Below, in pieces: positions 1 through 16,714 of a stretch of DNA of 64,000 bases. Each line of letters begins with the position of its first letter. The stretch's first letter is position 1. Source of the stretch: Eledone cirrhosa (Eukaryota); contig OZ024740.1 of the NCBI GenBank assembly GCA_964016885.1, positions 95,046,001 to 95,110,000 of the forward strand, given 5' to 3'. The notes beneath the pieces were generated by a model. That model did no database searches, was not told the origin of the DNA, and saw nothing but the letters and a program-made list of their open reading frames with translations. The position numbers and the translations under genes are program-made.

Positions 1-675
1 GTGTGTGTGTGTATGTATCTATATATAAATATATATATATAAATATCTATAAATATATTTATTAAATTCTTTGTTTTCTGGCTATGCATTATCAATCGGC
101 TGGACCCAATCTAATAACATTTTACAAGCTAATAGTATTATACCCCAGGAGTGTCAACATTTAATATTTATTTTCATTTGGATTTTTTAAATATTATTTG
201 TCAAAAATTTAGACAATTAACAATTAACATTTCTATATTGAACTACAGTAAACCAGCAGCACAACCACCACCAGCATCAGCACGTGTCACATCTTTTTTT
301 ATACGAATGTGTAAGTCACTGTGAGTGTGATTACGATTTCGTTACTATATAAGTTGCATACATATATTCACACAGACAATTAAGCGCACACAAACATCTA
401 CACATACAGATATATATGTGATGCCAGACAGATGTGCATGAATGTATGTCTGTGTGTGTATGTTTTAGTATATGTATATAAGAGTGTAAGTGTGTGATTG
501 TGTAGCAACAATTTATTCATTTGGACATAAGGTGCTTCAAAATAGACAGATTATCATTTCTAAATTAATACACTTTTGATATTTGTTCACTATAATATAG
601 ATATTTTAAATTGATAACGAGAAAAAAAAAACGTATCTTAATAATTATTCTTTACTGATCTTAATATTAACACAA

Positions 676-2306
<1,631 letters not shown>

Positions 2307-2309
2307 GTA

Positions 2310-2510
<201 letters not shown>

Positions 2511-2520
2511 ATATATATAA

Positions 2521-2740
2521 ACGTGTGTATATGTATAATAAAGCCAAAACAATGCAGGTATGGACATAGAGTAAATAATGCAAATGCAAAAGATATTGTT
2601 GACAATTAATCTTTTACCTTAGATTCATTTAAATGTCCTTAATTTTCGAGATATCTCTTCTTCGGGGGGAAGTAAAGCGGTTAAACCAGTGTTCTAAATA
2701 GCTTGCCAAGTCATGCTGACAGGAAATGGTATATGGCCTC
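2521..2740 (-). pseudogene. Decayed PLE reverse transcriptase fragment
   Basis: SCQHDLASYL..SKIKD and [11 protein letters not shown] resemble PLE 'H.LA..L..IKD' and 'SFDVxSLFTNVP'. Confidence 0.45.
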
Positions 2741-3308
2741 CTCCATATATGTATATATATATAAGTATGCATGTATGTATACGTACATACATATATGTAT
2801 ACAGACGTACAGTAGTATGTATATATATATATACATACATGCACTCATATATATATATATGCACGTATCGGTTTACCGAACATTTATTGTAATGCTCGGT
2901 TCGTTTGCAAACAAACAAACAGCCCGAATTACGCCGTACAGTGTATACATATATGTATGTACATATACATACATGTATACTTTCAAATTCCAATTGAGTT
3001 CTAGCACGTGGTCTGAATCCCTTTTAGAATTCATTGTCCTGCGCATGTATTGTTTTTGGGGCGGTAATACTTTCTCATTTTTGAATCAGTTTGAGTATTT
3101 CTTTAGAACTACTAGAGTAGCGACCTGGCGGATACCTCAAGCACTGCTGGTGATTATCGCTAAATACTGATATTGATTTGATTATCAATAATAGTATTCT
3201 TAGGCAACCACTGCGGAATTATAAGAGCCCACTTGTATAAGCATCTGTTGATCTAATAAAAGCTTCTGCATAAATTAGTATAATGTCACCCAAATTTGTA
3301 GAATCTTA

Positions 3309-3487
3309 TAATTGTTTCTACTTTTGGCACAAGGCCAGCAATTACCCAGTACATTACTGGTACTTTATTTTATCGACCCCGTAAGGATGAAAGGCAAAGT
3401 TAACCTCGGCGCGATTTGAACTCAGATCGTAAAGGGACGTAACTATGCTGGAAAGCATGGTGTCCGACTCTCTACTGATACTGCCAA
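3309..3487 (-). mobile_element. tRNA-derived octopod-type SINE
   Basis: Minus strand A box TGGCAGTATCAG and B box GAGTTCAAATC; body shared with about 10 other copies. Confidence 0.9.
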
Positions 3488-3669
3488 AACGAAGAGATAT
3501 ATTTGATATAACTCATATGAAATAATACAGCCAAGTTTCCACACAATACAATTTGTTAGCACCCCGAACGTTTAATTAGGAATATACTCACTTATTACCT
3601 AATGTTTGTTGAGTGAGTTGGGATTTGGCCGGAGTATCGGTAAAAATCTTCCTTCGATAACGTATGTAT

Positions 3670-3774
<105 letters not shown>

Positions 3775-3990
3775 GTGTGTGTGTGTATATACATGTAGAT
3801 ACATCCACCAAAATATAGGGTAGTGTCCAATCCGTATGAACAACGCAATGTAATCCAAATATAGAAGACAACATGAAAAGGGAAGATGCATTCTAAAATG
3901 TACGATAAAAGTCATAGGAAAACAGAGTCAATATAAATTAATAAAAACAATGAAACAAAAACAAAGAACAAGTTCCTTATATTAAACAAT

Positions 3991-4130
3991 TCATCATTTT
4001 ACGATCGTTTCTGGGATGTAAATATGTGTTGGTAGGTATGTATATCATATAGATCTATGTAAACATATTACAAATTATCAGAGGAAATATACATAGCTTC
4101 ACACATACATGCCGTCCTCAGAATTGATGA
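3991..4130 (-). ncRNA. Type I hammerhead ribozyme with about 103-nt stem II
   Basis: tcatcaatt CTGAGGA [103 nt hairpin] GAAAC GATC GTA aaatgatga. Confidence 0.7.
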
Positions 4131-4357
4131 GATGTGTTTATTGAAAAAATTCTAAGAATTAATATAAAAGGTCTGTTTGGGAATAGAAGTTGAATTGACC
4201 GATAGAAAATAAGTTAGAGTTCAAGTTGATAGAATAACAGTAGTAGAAATTAAATATAGGGGTAGATGAGTGCAGACTTATGCTTTGAATGAAAAGAATA
4301 CTATTGGGATAAAATTATGTCAAGTCAAGAAGATAGTGAAGGGTACACGAAGGGATG

Positions 4358-4703
4358 TTATTAAAGGATATTGTTAAAAACAAAGGAAAATACATTTTTA
4401 GGGTAAGGGTATTAGTGAGAAATACCAATCTCATTTAAACCACAAGGAATCTAGATATATAATAAGAAATTAAATTAATTGATAGGTATACTTACAGGGA
4501 TGAAGTTATATTAATTCATATGAATGTGATGTTATTAAAGAATGATGTTAAACACGAAGGAAAATAAAATGTTGGGATAAGGGTATTAGTGAGAAATACC
4601 AATATTATTTAAGTTACAAGGAATCTAAATACATAACAGGAAATTAAATTAATTTATAGGTATACTTACAGAGATAAAATTATATTAATTCATATGAATG
4701 TGA
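4358..4703. repeat. Two tandem copies of about 173 bp in the PLE 3' UTR
   Basis: gttattaaag...catatgaatgtgat repeated at 4358 and 4531; diverged equivalent at about 61680-62040. Confidence 0.85.
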
Positions 4704-6411
4704 TAAATAAAGAAGTAAGAAATGTAAAGCAATAAAAAATAAATATATGGAAAAACTGAAGTAGATAAACATTTTTTATAAAGAGTATTGTATCTATACG
4801 GACATTGATGATAATACGGATATTAATTATATTTAATAATCATAGGTACTAAATGTGATACATAGGGGATGCGATTAAATGAAGTAGTGTGGTTAAAAAT
4901 AATTTTAGGAAAAGAGAGCTGTAAGAGGGGAATAACAATATGAAGATCTATGTAGTAAAATACTAATAATTTGTAAAATATAATTACAATAATTTGTAAA
5001 ATATATGAGTAGGGTGTATATTAATTAGGTTTATAATATTTGAAGGTTCTTCTAATTCTATGATTGCAAGAAATAATTAATTCCTGTCGCTTATTTAATA
5101 GGATATGTTTAGATTTCATGATTTCAAAAAGTTCTTGGGCGCATAACCTACACTCGTATCTGCTATTTTGATAAGAGGTGGCCCTTTTGAGCACGCTCCA
5201 GGTCAGATTGTAATCGATGTTCTTCTTTCTATAATTATTAATTGTTTCAGCCAAGGATGTTGTATTAGCTAATGCGGCATTTTAAAACTATGTTGTGGGT
5301 ATTAAATCTTACTTTAAATTGATTAGACGTAACTCCTATATATTATCAGTGGAGTCCTTAGTGTTAATTTTACATTTATAGACTATGTTATTGATAAGAC
5401 AATTTCCCTTTAATGGGCAAATTTCTGTTGATTCTGCAGTTACAACCATTCGTGAATATTATATCAGGGGAGTTAGTCAGATTTGGTGTGGAGTTAACAG
5501 GACTTACCATAGGTGAAGTAGATGGTGGTTTGTTACGGTTTATTTTAGTATTATTATGGTTCGTTTATGTGTTGGTGGTGTATTTATGATTGTTCTACAC
5601 TTATATGCGTTGTACGCACTTATATTCTGTTGAATATTTTTTGAAGTGGAGTACGAACATTTGACAGTAGATCTATTTAAAATTTGATTGTATTTCTGGT
5701 TGGTGGGAACACTTTCTCTAGGATATCAAATAACTTTTTAGGGATATGGTCTTTAATTTGTAGATTAAGAGGAGCAATATAACAAGTAATCCGTCTATCA
5801 CGGTTTCGATATTGTTTCTTATATTTAGCCGATGTAACAGAAGGTCTACTAAGGGAGTTACTATTAGTGATTTTATTATATATAGGTTTAGACAGATTAA
5901 CTGATTTAGGTGTTTTAATCTGATTACTAGGAATGTTGTTAGTAATGTTGTTAAGATATGTTGGAGTATTAGGATGAATGGTTTTTTGAAACTCATTATA
6001 TTTTATGTGAGAAGAGGTAAAGAAATTAAGTTTTAGGTTGGTGTTTTTAGGTGTAGTATGAGTGGCATTTAGGTGTGGGTTTTTCATTTGGTGTTTGTTG
6101 GTAATATTAGGTTCTATGTTTGACATATTATTGGTGCAAGATATGTAGACTAATTTGTTTTTGTGGCCGCTTCTAGCTAAAGCTTCGTTATAAAAGGTCA
6201 CGTTTTTATCGAATACATCCTGATTTGATGAATTTAGATTATGAGTGAGGTGTTATATGCTAGGTTTTTAAGGATAGATCTAGGGTGATTGGATTGTGAG
6301 TGTATGTAATGCAAGTTTTGGTTAGGTTTATTGTAAGGTTGGTAGATACCCGTAAAATAGGTCCAACGTTATATCTAGGAAATTGACTAATTTACTGGTG
6401 TTTTCAAAACA

Positions 6412-6835
6412 CCGAGAGACCTTGTTGATACTATTGAGGACATTTGTCCTACGATTCCTGGATTACTGGTCTAGCTGTGATCACCCCATACTATCATACT
6501 AAATATAGAGATTGAAGTAATCCAACGAAGTTACACCAAGAGGATTGCTACAATGAAGGAGTTTAGCTACTGGGAGAGGCTAGAAACTCTACTCCTTGGA
6601 AAGAAGACGTGAGAAATACGCAGTGATATACATATGAAAAATCCTGGAGTACATATAGCACCAAACTTTGTTATTGAGAGCTAGGCAAACACCCGAAAAG
6701 GACGTCATTGTGTGATGCCAGTGGTCCCGATTTTCACATCTAGAATAAGGAGAAGATATTGCAATAGCCTGGGGTTGAAAGGCTCTCAACTCTGTAACAA
6801 GCTGTCAAGAAATTTGAGAGATCTGCTTATTCCCT
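6412..6835 (+). mobile_element. Decayed CR1/L2-like LINE 3' fragment
   Basis: EIEVIQRSYTKRIA, SYWERL, YSLERRREKYAVIYI.KILE motifs in shifted frames. Confidence 0.7.
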
Positions 6836-6892
6836 GTGATTGTTTCATATGTTTATTTTAGATATACATATAGATGTCAAGCAATTTCTAGT

Positions 6893-6962
<70 letters not shown>

Positions 6963-7506
6963 ACTAGAAATTGATTGACATATATATATATATTGTATTC
7001 TCATTGTATTCTCATTAGAAACCCTTTATATACTTGTTTACCAGTAAATAGAATTGCCATCTGTCATATACTACCTCCCTCCTCTTCTGTTATTACAACT
7101 AATATAAATACTTCAATTTTTCTGATTTTTTCCAATTTATCCAATATCACTGAAGAAGTGACAACTGATTATACATTTGCTATCGAATACTTGCTAACAT
7201 TATATGATTACGCAAGCAGCGATACATAGGTATTCCGTCTGTTACAGAAACATATGTCAATACCTAATAAATTTATTTTAAGAAAAAAGCACTTTCATTT
7301 TATATTCATCTTTTCTACATTTTCTCCGGAATATAATTTATACTCGTTGACCAAACCTACACGTATGCTGTTCATCTCTAACGTGACGATATATTATCAC
7401 TACATTATTGATAACCTGAAATGCTCTCTCTATATATATATATGTATATACGTGTATATATTAAAATACAAATATTATTAAAATAGATGTTCTTTTGATC
7501 AATTAC

Positions 7507-7558
7507 ATTTTATTATACATATTTCAGAGTACAACGGTACATCCTCATCAGACAAAAT
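7507..7558 (-). ncRNA. Canonical-core type I hammerhead in a short pLTR fragment (about 7475-7672)
   Basis: attttgt CTGATGA ggatgtac-cgtt-gtactct GAAAT ATGT ATA ataaaat. Confidence 0.8.
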
Positions 7559-7668
7559 ATAATGATACATGACATACCCTGAGATGTTAAATGGTTAAGA
7601 TTTAATCAAGGTAGTCAAACGCATGTAAAACTCATTCTCTGATATGCTCATTGAATCTTGTTTAACAC

Positions 7669-8005
<337 letters not shown>

Positions 8006-9399
8006 GTATATATATATATATATATATATACATAAATGGTGCTGGTGTCCCGGCATGGCCTTATCCCCCTGCTGGAATGGAAATACAAATAAGTAAATAA
8101 ACGTATATAAGTGTGAGCGTTTATGTGTATGCATATTTAATCAAAACTTTATAATTGTCTCATATATTGTTCTTAATTAAACCACTTCAGTATATTGTGA
8201 TTTCATTACGTAAATATTGACATATTTATCTAACCTCTCATAGTTTTTAACATTATTTGGAAAAAAAAAAACATTATTTTCTTTTATTCTTAGGAAATAT
8301 TTATTTCTTTGGAATCTTACATTATTTCTAACATCTTCAATTTTCTGGTTTCATTCATTTAAGCTGAAGACTAACGACATTTGGATAGAATGTTGCAGGT
8401 GGAATAAAAGATTTATTAAATATAACCATGAATCGGCAGCTAAAATATTTCCCCATCTATTTAATTTTCTAATTTCTATTGAACCATTATTTCATTTAGG
8501 TTTATTATCGGGTTAATATAATTTAGATTTATGATATTGCATGCAATAGGAAGGGAATTATAAATTTAGTATATTCGAAACGCTATCCCATTAATAAACC
8601 TACTTTCTATCATATTCTCTAGAGTGTATTATTGGCATCATACAGAGTAACAGCTGCAACGTATAATTGTGTCTTCATTTAGAAAGTTATACGTTTCCCA
8701 CCTTGCCTCTGTATTCTCTGATGGGAATTTACACCAGCACTTGCATGACACTGAATTGATCTTAACCACTTTAGGGCTATTATTAGATTAGTTTTTATAT
8801 TAACCAATTAAGTGCAATTGCAAAAGTAATTGATAGAACTTTTAATATTGTCTACAGACTATGTGTTTGTGTCTAAAGAGGCCTAAAGAGAACTTCGGAA
8901 AATAAGTAAATGATTCGGGTGCTTTTATAATGCTGAACGCTTCTTGTAGCTAGGCCAGGTTTGGTGTACGAGTAAAATATAGTATCATGCCCTGCAGCTG
9001 CATTTATGTAAGTTTAAACTATTAGTTTCGCTGATTGTCACGACGTATCCGATTCTCATTCAAATAATTATTTATTTGTGTGTAGTCTCTGCACAATTTC
9101 ATGCACATTCGATTCAACATCAACATCTGAATGTATAAAAGAACTATAGGCATGGTCTTTTCATTATTAATTACGTAAATCTAACAATTTAAAACAATGC
9201 CTGCCTCGGAAATTAAATAAACGTTTCCTTGCGTATTTTGGGGCGCTTAACAAAGAAATAACAAAATAAATGAGAGATAATGTCGAATTTCTGATCATTA
9301 GTTAGATTTTTTATTTAGAAATAATTGATAATGGCACAAAGATAACACTCTCTTCGTGTTGATTAGACAGAGCACATATTCATCGTTCTTTAATTTTGG

Positions 9400-11118
9400 A
9401 AGATACATTTCGAGATCCAGAAAAGCCTGAACTGTGTTATGCAAAGATTTCATGAAATATACCATCAACAACAGATGCATGTGATACGGAGGAGGCAAAC
9501 TTAGTTCAATATCTACAAACGGCATATTTTGGACATTCTACACCCCAGGTTCTTGTAACATGCACACTTATGAAGTTTCCTTGTGCAGTGAGGATACTTT
9601 ATAAGATTGTCCTTTTCATACGAAAAAAAAAACAAAAATACAACACATATTTGTGTGTATATTGATTATAGTCCCATGAAGTAAATAACCTCTCTTAAGT
9701 CACCACATATCAGTGGCTCTTAATTATTTTAACATTAAAGATCAGAACTTACATCAATATTTCTCATGTTTCCTTTCTACCAACATGTCCATCCCCGATT
9801 AATAGGTTTAACTAAGATCAGTCAATGAATAATTGTTTCTACTTTTGGCACAAGGCCAACAATTACTCAGTGCATTACTGGTACTTTATTTTCGAGGCCC
9901 CGTTAGGATGTAAGACAAATTTAATCTCGGTGGGATTTGAACTCAGAATGGCAAGGGCCGTAACTCTATGCATCAATACATGGTGTCCGACCCTCTACCG
10001 ATACTGCCAATCCACCGCCCCTGACTCAATGAATAATGTCGACTAGTCTGTATGGTGACCAAGGAATAATGTAAATTCTACAAGATTACCGAAATCATCA
10101 AAAGTGTTATCAACATAACTAAAGAAACATAGCTTGGCATCACACAAATGTATATTCCATTATTGTAGCTATCTACTTAACAACTCCGATTTATTTTATG
10201 GCATGCCTAAATCTATGAAGAGATCATTTAGAGTACTTTGTCTTATCATGTGTGGCAATTTGATGCATACATTGAAGCAAAGACTGGATCATCTGAAGTT
10301 GAAGATTCACATTATGCATCAATGTTCCTATTTGTATCAGTCTTCAGGTCACGAATTATGTCTGGATTCTCATGTGTAGATCATTATTCACTAAGTATTA
10401 CTGTGTACACAATATATCAGGATAATCAGTATTTCCTTTCTTCCTACCTTTAAGTCGTTTCCGATATGGTGTCGCAAAACAAATAAAACACTCCTTTAAA
10501 TGATTAGTTAGCAGATACCAAATTAGTTGGCCTGCAAAGATACATAGATATTAATTTCCTTTGCCAATATTGTTATTACAGTACACATGGGTGCCCAACG
10601 CTTCTTTGGGTCCCTCAATAATAGTTATGTAAAACCTTTAGGTTTTATTTATGAAATATAAAAGATTAGGTTGATATAATATAATACTATTATTGCAGTT
10701 TAGTCATTTAAAACATGGCAATCTTATGTGAAGTAACATGGACAAATATAGCATCATAAATCTGATTTCTTACATACATAGTTACATACGTGAAAAAACA
10801 TATTTTGCTTACGGTTCACGCTCATTCAGTTATCTTAGTCTTCTACATAATCAGGGAAAAACAAATATTAAATGCTTTTGTTATTAATAAGAAAATAACA
10901 AAACGCCTTATTTCTTCGGATTTTGGGATCTACATTATTGACATATGCTTACAATACATTCTCTTGTTTTCATCAACAACTTCTAAGGTGCGTTTTAGCT
11001 AAATCTTGAGGACAAGATCTAAGTTTCAAATCTGAATACTATATACGAATTCAGCACCTTTAAATGATTAACGATAATCCGGTTTGATCTCTAAAGGTAT
11101 TTGTTTTGGCGACCAGTG
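9400..11118 (-). mobile_element. Decayed CMC-Chapaev3 DNA transposon (transposase pseudogene about 9400-10790)
   Basis: Ordered motifs: CYIC, DPKKRWAP, TNHLKECLF, YPDI, QSTLNDLFIDLGMP*NKSELLS, KET*E, ICGDLREV..GL*S.YT..CC, YKNLGCRMSK; candidate terminus CACTGG at 11118 followed by TAA; interrupted by a SINE. Confidence 0.75.
9829..10020 (-). mobile_element. tRNA-derived octopod-type SINE
   Basis: Same family as 3309-3487; inserted in the Chapaev3 remnant. Confidence 0.9.
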
Positions 11119-11859
11119 TAACGTAGGTATATATATTTCAATTCTTTAATATATATCTCCAAATGAAATTTCCCTCTAGAAATAATTTGGGCTTCCGGAT
11201 CTTCAGCGGAGACCAATTATGTTTGTAACTCAATTGCGTCCATTACTAGTTAATAATTCTCCAAAATCTACACCCTTCTATTTGGGAGAATTAACCGCTA
11301 GCCATTGATGATCTGTAACAGGAATTTGAGAATGTTTTAAACCATATATACGATGGATTTTGGACAGCCGTGACACGTTGTTTCATGTTAAAGCTGCGAT
11401 TACACCAGATTTAATTGCTCATATTTTACTAAGCTGGTTCTCTTAATTCCAACAATTTACTTCTTTAGTTTATATGCAAAAATCACATTCATTTTCGTGC
11501 GAACAAATATACTTAATGATGTATTCATAGCTTGCCCCATGCCGTCCAAAATGAAGGCTAATTGTAATATCAATACATAATAAAGAAAACAGATGTTTGT
11601 GTGTTTGCTGGTTGGTTCCTTAGCGAGCATTCACATAATTGATAGAAACATGCAAACAAAAACAGCTGTAACGAATCTTATAATGCACTGCTTTCCTTTC
11701 CCAGTCATCACATAGATGTGTGTGTATGTAATAATTAGTTTTTCTAAGTTTGTCTGTTTATACATATGTGTTTGTAAATTCGCATGTGTTTTTCTATTGT
11801 CAATGCATTTTTCTAAATAAACACATACAAACACATATGCACTCACACACATATTATAT

Positions 11860-12010
11860 ATAATTGTCTCTACTTTTGGCTCAAGGTCAGCAATTACCAG
11901 TGCATTACTGGTACTTTATTTTATCGACCTCGTAAGGATGAAAGGGAAAGTTAACCTCGGTGGTTCTGTACTCAGAATGGCAAGGGACGTACTTCTATAC
12001 GTCAAAGCAT
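11860..12010 (-). mobile_element. tRNA-derived SINE, 5'-truncated
   Basis: Family body ggcacaaggccagcaatt...aaggatgaaaggcaaag. Confidence 0.85.
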
Positions 12011-12264
12011 ATTATATATAATGTATACAAACATTTCTGCCTGACTGTAAAACGTTTATCATTGCATAGACGTGCTTGTTCCACGTTTCTCAAAAGGATG
12101 ATGGAAGTTCCAATCTGCTATATTATATGTAGATATAGATATATATAATTAATATAAAAGAAGGCCGTCAATGTAAAAAAGGTCCCTATTTACTTGAAAT
12201 GGTTTCTACAAATGCCAAATTAATATGGATATGGATATCATGCTTATCTATAAGTGGTCAGCTA

Positions 12265-12553
12265 TAATAATTGTTTCTACTATTGGCACAAGCACAGCAA
12301 TTATCCCAGTTAATTACTGGTACTTTATTTTATCGACCCCGTAAGGATGAAAGGCTAAGTCAATCACGGCGGGATTTGAACTCAGAGCATAACGGGGGTA
12401 ACTCTATGCTGGAAGGCATGGCCTCCGACCCTCTACCGATACTGCCAATTCACCACCCTAATAATTGTTTCTACTGTTGGCACAAGGCCAGCAATTACTC
12501 AGTACATTGTTGGTACTTTATTTTATCGACTCCTTAAGGATGAAAGGCAAATT
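12265..12553 (-). mobile_element. One full and one partial SINE in tandem
   Basis: Full copy 12265-12458, 3' half repeated at 12460-12553. Confidence 0.85.
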
Positions 12554-14147
12554 TACAACAAATTATATGACACAAAAATGTATTCAGTAATTTCCAGGCT
12601 CTTAGCCACTGAGTAATAGACAGTCAATGTTGGCCAGAGTTCAACTCGAGGAGATTGCCTGGTTTGAACTCCAAATGCGGATCCTTCTACTTCGAAAAGA
12701 GAATCGTTTTTCAATATTACTCTAGCCCTGGCCAGCCATAGGATCCAACCCTTTTGCCAGACTCAGCATATGATGATGTTTTATTTCTACCGCAATCAGA
12801 AGCGACGCACGCAATCCTACACGCGCACACGCATACACGCACACTCTCACACATGTTCATAGTTTTTACTTTCTGTGGAACGCTGAAATCACGCACACAC
12901 ACATAAACATACGCGCACATACATACACACGCACACATGTTAATAGTTATTGCTTTCCTTACTCTCTTATTTCCACACACGGAATACTGACATTGTTGAA
13001 ATTAATATATATATTATTCATGGATCTTCTAGATTAAGTCTATAGATTTCATATTTGTATGAATGTAACTGACGTTTATATTATTGTTCCGTTCTGTTCC
13101 TTCAATCAGGAAACCTTATCAACTTTCCTATGAAGAGTATTTCTACCTCATCGTAGAACAGATCGTCATAGAATCCATACTCATAATGCAAAATAACTAA
13201 TTGATTGATAACTCCAATATGTGTCATTTAAATTAATTGAATACTTTTATTAGGTAAGACCTTAACCAACAGTGCAAAGAACCTAAACACACAACGCAAC
13301 ATATAGAAGTCCTCATTCTAATGCGAAGGTTTATTCTCCATGTAATTTTGTGTTTTTGTTTCCATCTATTTAGATGTAAACAACATAATTTCCCAATTAT
13401 TTAACTTTTGTCTTAATTATATTATATGTACATTAACATAAACAATAATACCAGTAGAAACTGAACTAAATATATCCGAAACATTTCTCTATAAACAATA
13501 ACAAACAATCACGATTTGCCCCTTTCTGAAGAGTTTCACGTTATAAGTGTGAAGTCCTTAAGCAAGTTCTATTAACATGACATTGGACCGACAATAATTA
13601 ATTTGAGCTATAATATAAAGATCCATTTGAGTCATCATGATTATGCTTCAGGATTATATATACACCTCTGCACAGCTCATTTCATGTGGTGTACCTTTTA
13701 ATACTCACCGTGAAATCCAACTAAAGATAAATCACTAACGTCTAAACTTTATCTCAATTAAATATTCTTTATTTACAAATATAATCTGTAGAAAAGAACA
13801 TCGGTTTAATTATGTCCAACATCTGTGAATTTGTATCGTTAACAGAAGTTATGATTTTTAGTATGGCGTGGAATGTTAAGTAATAGACCAGAGAGAAAAC
13901 ATTTAAAGAATATATAGTTTAGAGAAGCAGTGCAATTATTTCTATGATACTATACATTAAAATACTTTGCGATATGACACAAAATATGTAAACGTACTGC
14001 CTAGAAGAATCTAATTAAATTGTAAATGATTATTTTGAATTAAGGATTGAAATAGTTATGCAGACATTAAAATGAAACGTGTGCTTGGATTTAAAATTAT
14101 TCTAATACAATATAAAACAACCTTTAAAGCCTTCAGTTGAATAGATA

Positions 14148-15721
14148 TTCTGAATTTCTTTAGCAAGATTCTTTATCTGAAAACGTGATTTGAAGCCGAT
14201 ATGTTTTATACTTTGGGAGGGTCATGTTGCCAATAAAAAACACACGCACCAGAGCCTTTCACTTCAATGTATTATAATACATATATAAATTTAGGAATTT
14301 ATAAGTTTCCGGTTGGTTGGTTGGTTTTACACCAGATGGTTCTTTATATATTGTCAAAGATATTTCGTCAGACATTATGTGACCTCTTCAGTGACTGGGG
14401 ATTCTTTTCTTTGTTTTTGTGCCTCTCCTTTGTTCTGTCCTAGGCCATATTGTTTCTGTGAGTGTATTGTGTGCTCAGTCTGCGCATGCGCCACATCCGG
14501 GTGTCTGTGTGTGTTTATATTCGTTTATTTATGTGTTTATTTACATGTTACAGGTTGGTTGTTTGTTCTATGTGCGTGTATGTTTTCATGTTGTCCTTAA
14601 TTGTAAGTTGTGATGTTGCTGTTCCACTCATGTTTTCTATTTAATTTTGGTTGTAATTCTTTTAGGTTTATTGCATCTGTGATTTGTCTAAACATTGCGT
14701 CTTTTCTGTGTGTAGATTCTATTTTTATTTCTATGTTTTCTAATTTACCCTTATGTTCTATTTTAGCATGTTGGTAGAGTACAGATGATTCTTTACTCTC
14801 TTGAAGGTCTCACCAGTGTTCATGTATCCGTTCCCCTACGCTACGAGCTGTCTCACCTATGTACATTATATTTTTTTCTCTACATTGTCCTTCAGTACAT
14901 CTTATGCTATATACAACATTTCTAGTTTTACAGTTAATATGGGGGCTTAATTTACAGGTTATACATTTCTTATCAATACAGGGGGGTCTTTGAAAAGGGT
15001 ATGTCTTGCTAATAAGTGTTTTTACGGAGGTACATGGTCTTTCTACTATTTTAATTTTGAGTTTATGTTTATCTAGGGCCCTTCTAAATTGGTAAGCTAA
15101 TTCACCTCTAGGGGTTGTATCGATGAACATTACACTCTGGTATTTATTGCTATCATACCATGAGTTTATTCTATTAGCCTTATTCCTAGTTATTTCTATT
15201 ATATTCCAAAATGTGCTCCTATACAAGGGGCAGGTCCCATTTGTGTCATTATTTACCATTTGTTTCCCATTTGATTCTGGCTCCTCTATACACTCTGATT
15301 TTATCTCTCTGATAGAAATCAGATAACTGCATACGGTGGATGAAGTGTTGTATATGTCTCTCTAGATCTCCGGGGTTGCATATGCGGGACACGTTTCTCA
15401 TCACCCGTACCAAATCCGCAATCAGCATGTTGATTTTTGTATGGTCCGAAACAGCTGAGTTTCGGTGGATCAGATATTTGGAAGTCATGGGTTTGGCATA
15501 ATGGGAATGGAGGATTTGTTTTTTGTTATTAATGGTATCTAACCACTGAAGAGGTCACATAATGTGTGACGAAAGAACTTTGACAATATATAAACAACCA
15601 TCAGGTTGTGGAACCAACCAACCAACCGGAAACTTATAAATTCCTAAATTTATAAATTTATTATAATAAATTGAAGTGAAAGCAACTGGTGCGTGTGTTT
15701 CTTATTGGCAACATGACCCTC
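14148..15721 (-). mobile_element. 5'-truncated PLE with inverted partial pLTR
   Basis: ORF pieces 14630-15540 (CIDKKCITC..CKTRNVVYSIRC..YIGETARSVGERIHEH); 14216-14393 inverted at 15544-15721. Confidence 0.92.
14353..14395 (-). ncRNA. Minimal type I hammerhead (copy at 15544-15584 +; 3' half at 38072-38105 -)
   Basis: gtca CTGAAGA ggtcac-ataat-gt(c/g)tgac GAAA..(C)TT/CTA tgac. Confidence 0.7.
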
Positions 15722-16714
15722 TTGAATAGATATTGTTTTGATTAAATGAAGAAGGATGTGAAGGTCGTGATATCTAGATAAATATTTATTTGTGTTTCGG
15801 AAACATATTTTATTCATTTAGTCATGTTTTACATCTCAGTTTCCTAAAAGGTGACCCAGTAATTTCCTAACGATAAACCACAATTTCTATACCAAAATCA
15901 AGGAATTTCGATACCAAAATCAAGGAATTATTTGACTTTATACATATATATATTGTATATAAGTTTGTTTATGATTTGTAAATGAAACAAAGTCACTATG
16001 TTCTTTATTACAATCTGCAATATTATAATATTCATAATCATTTCGATATTAGAGCAGATTATTGTAATATTATTATTAGGAATGTGTATATCATATACTT
16101 TTGATATACTTCTAAATTCCGCAACCTCGCACGCCTAACCCTTAAATATTAATTTAAGGTGTTAAACAGACATAGTGCTGTGTTTGACGTTAGGGTGCTA
16201 TTTTGATTTCGAAATTTAGTTCGAATCAATTTGGTGCACTCGATGAAATTATCTGAACAGTTTTCAAATCTGATTTGATAGCACTATCTAAACAATCATA
16301 GGAATTTGGCATTTTCAGGATTGTTATTTCCGAAAGCTTAGATTATTTTTGACATACAAATATATTGATCCACGTCTATTGGCTGCAGTACATATGTTGC
16401 TAAAACAATTTTGAATATACTAGCTAATATATATGTCTTAAATAAACATTAATAATGTGGCGTTGAATGATACTGTTTTGATCTGGTAAATATGTAAGCT
16501 TCTAACTAGAAATATACTCTTCTCTACTTTTCACATAACACAGTCTGTTCAGATTTGCTCTTGATAACAGATGATAAAAATCGTGGGTATGATTCTCGCT
16601 CCAATATGTCTGCATGGTGTCTATTTCGATTCATTTTGAAAGCATGGATCAGATATTAGAGAAGAATAACATTTTCAACATCTTTCAAGATATCATAATA
16701 CGGCCGCCTTAGCA

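Larger units (their letters stand above)
3792..6415 (-). mobile_element. 5'-truncated PLE (thumb, linker, GIY-YIG, 1.2-kb 3' UTR with HHR)
   Basis: FYNEALARSGH, CNC..CPLKGNCL, YIGVT, W..L, CRLC..E, LLN.RQEL..C.H in broken frames; homologous to 61120-63708. Confidence 0.9.

Noticed and set aside
9298-10453. ORFs 9298-9525 and 10238-10453 as host genes
   Set aside because: Off-frame or antisense readings of the Chapaev3 fossil
10984-11063. Kolobok-like mini element (aaggtgc...gcacctt)
   Set aside because: A 7-bp match is expected by chance, and it overlaps the Chapaev3 subterminal region
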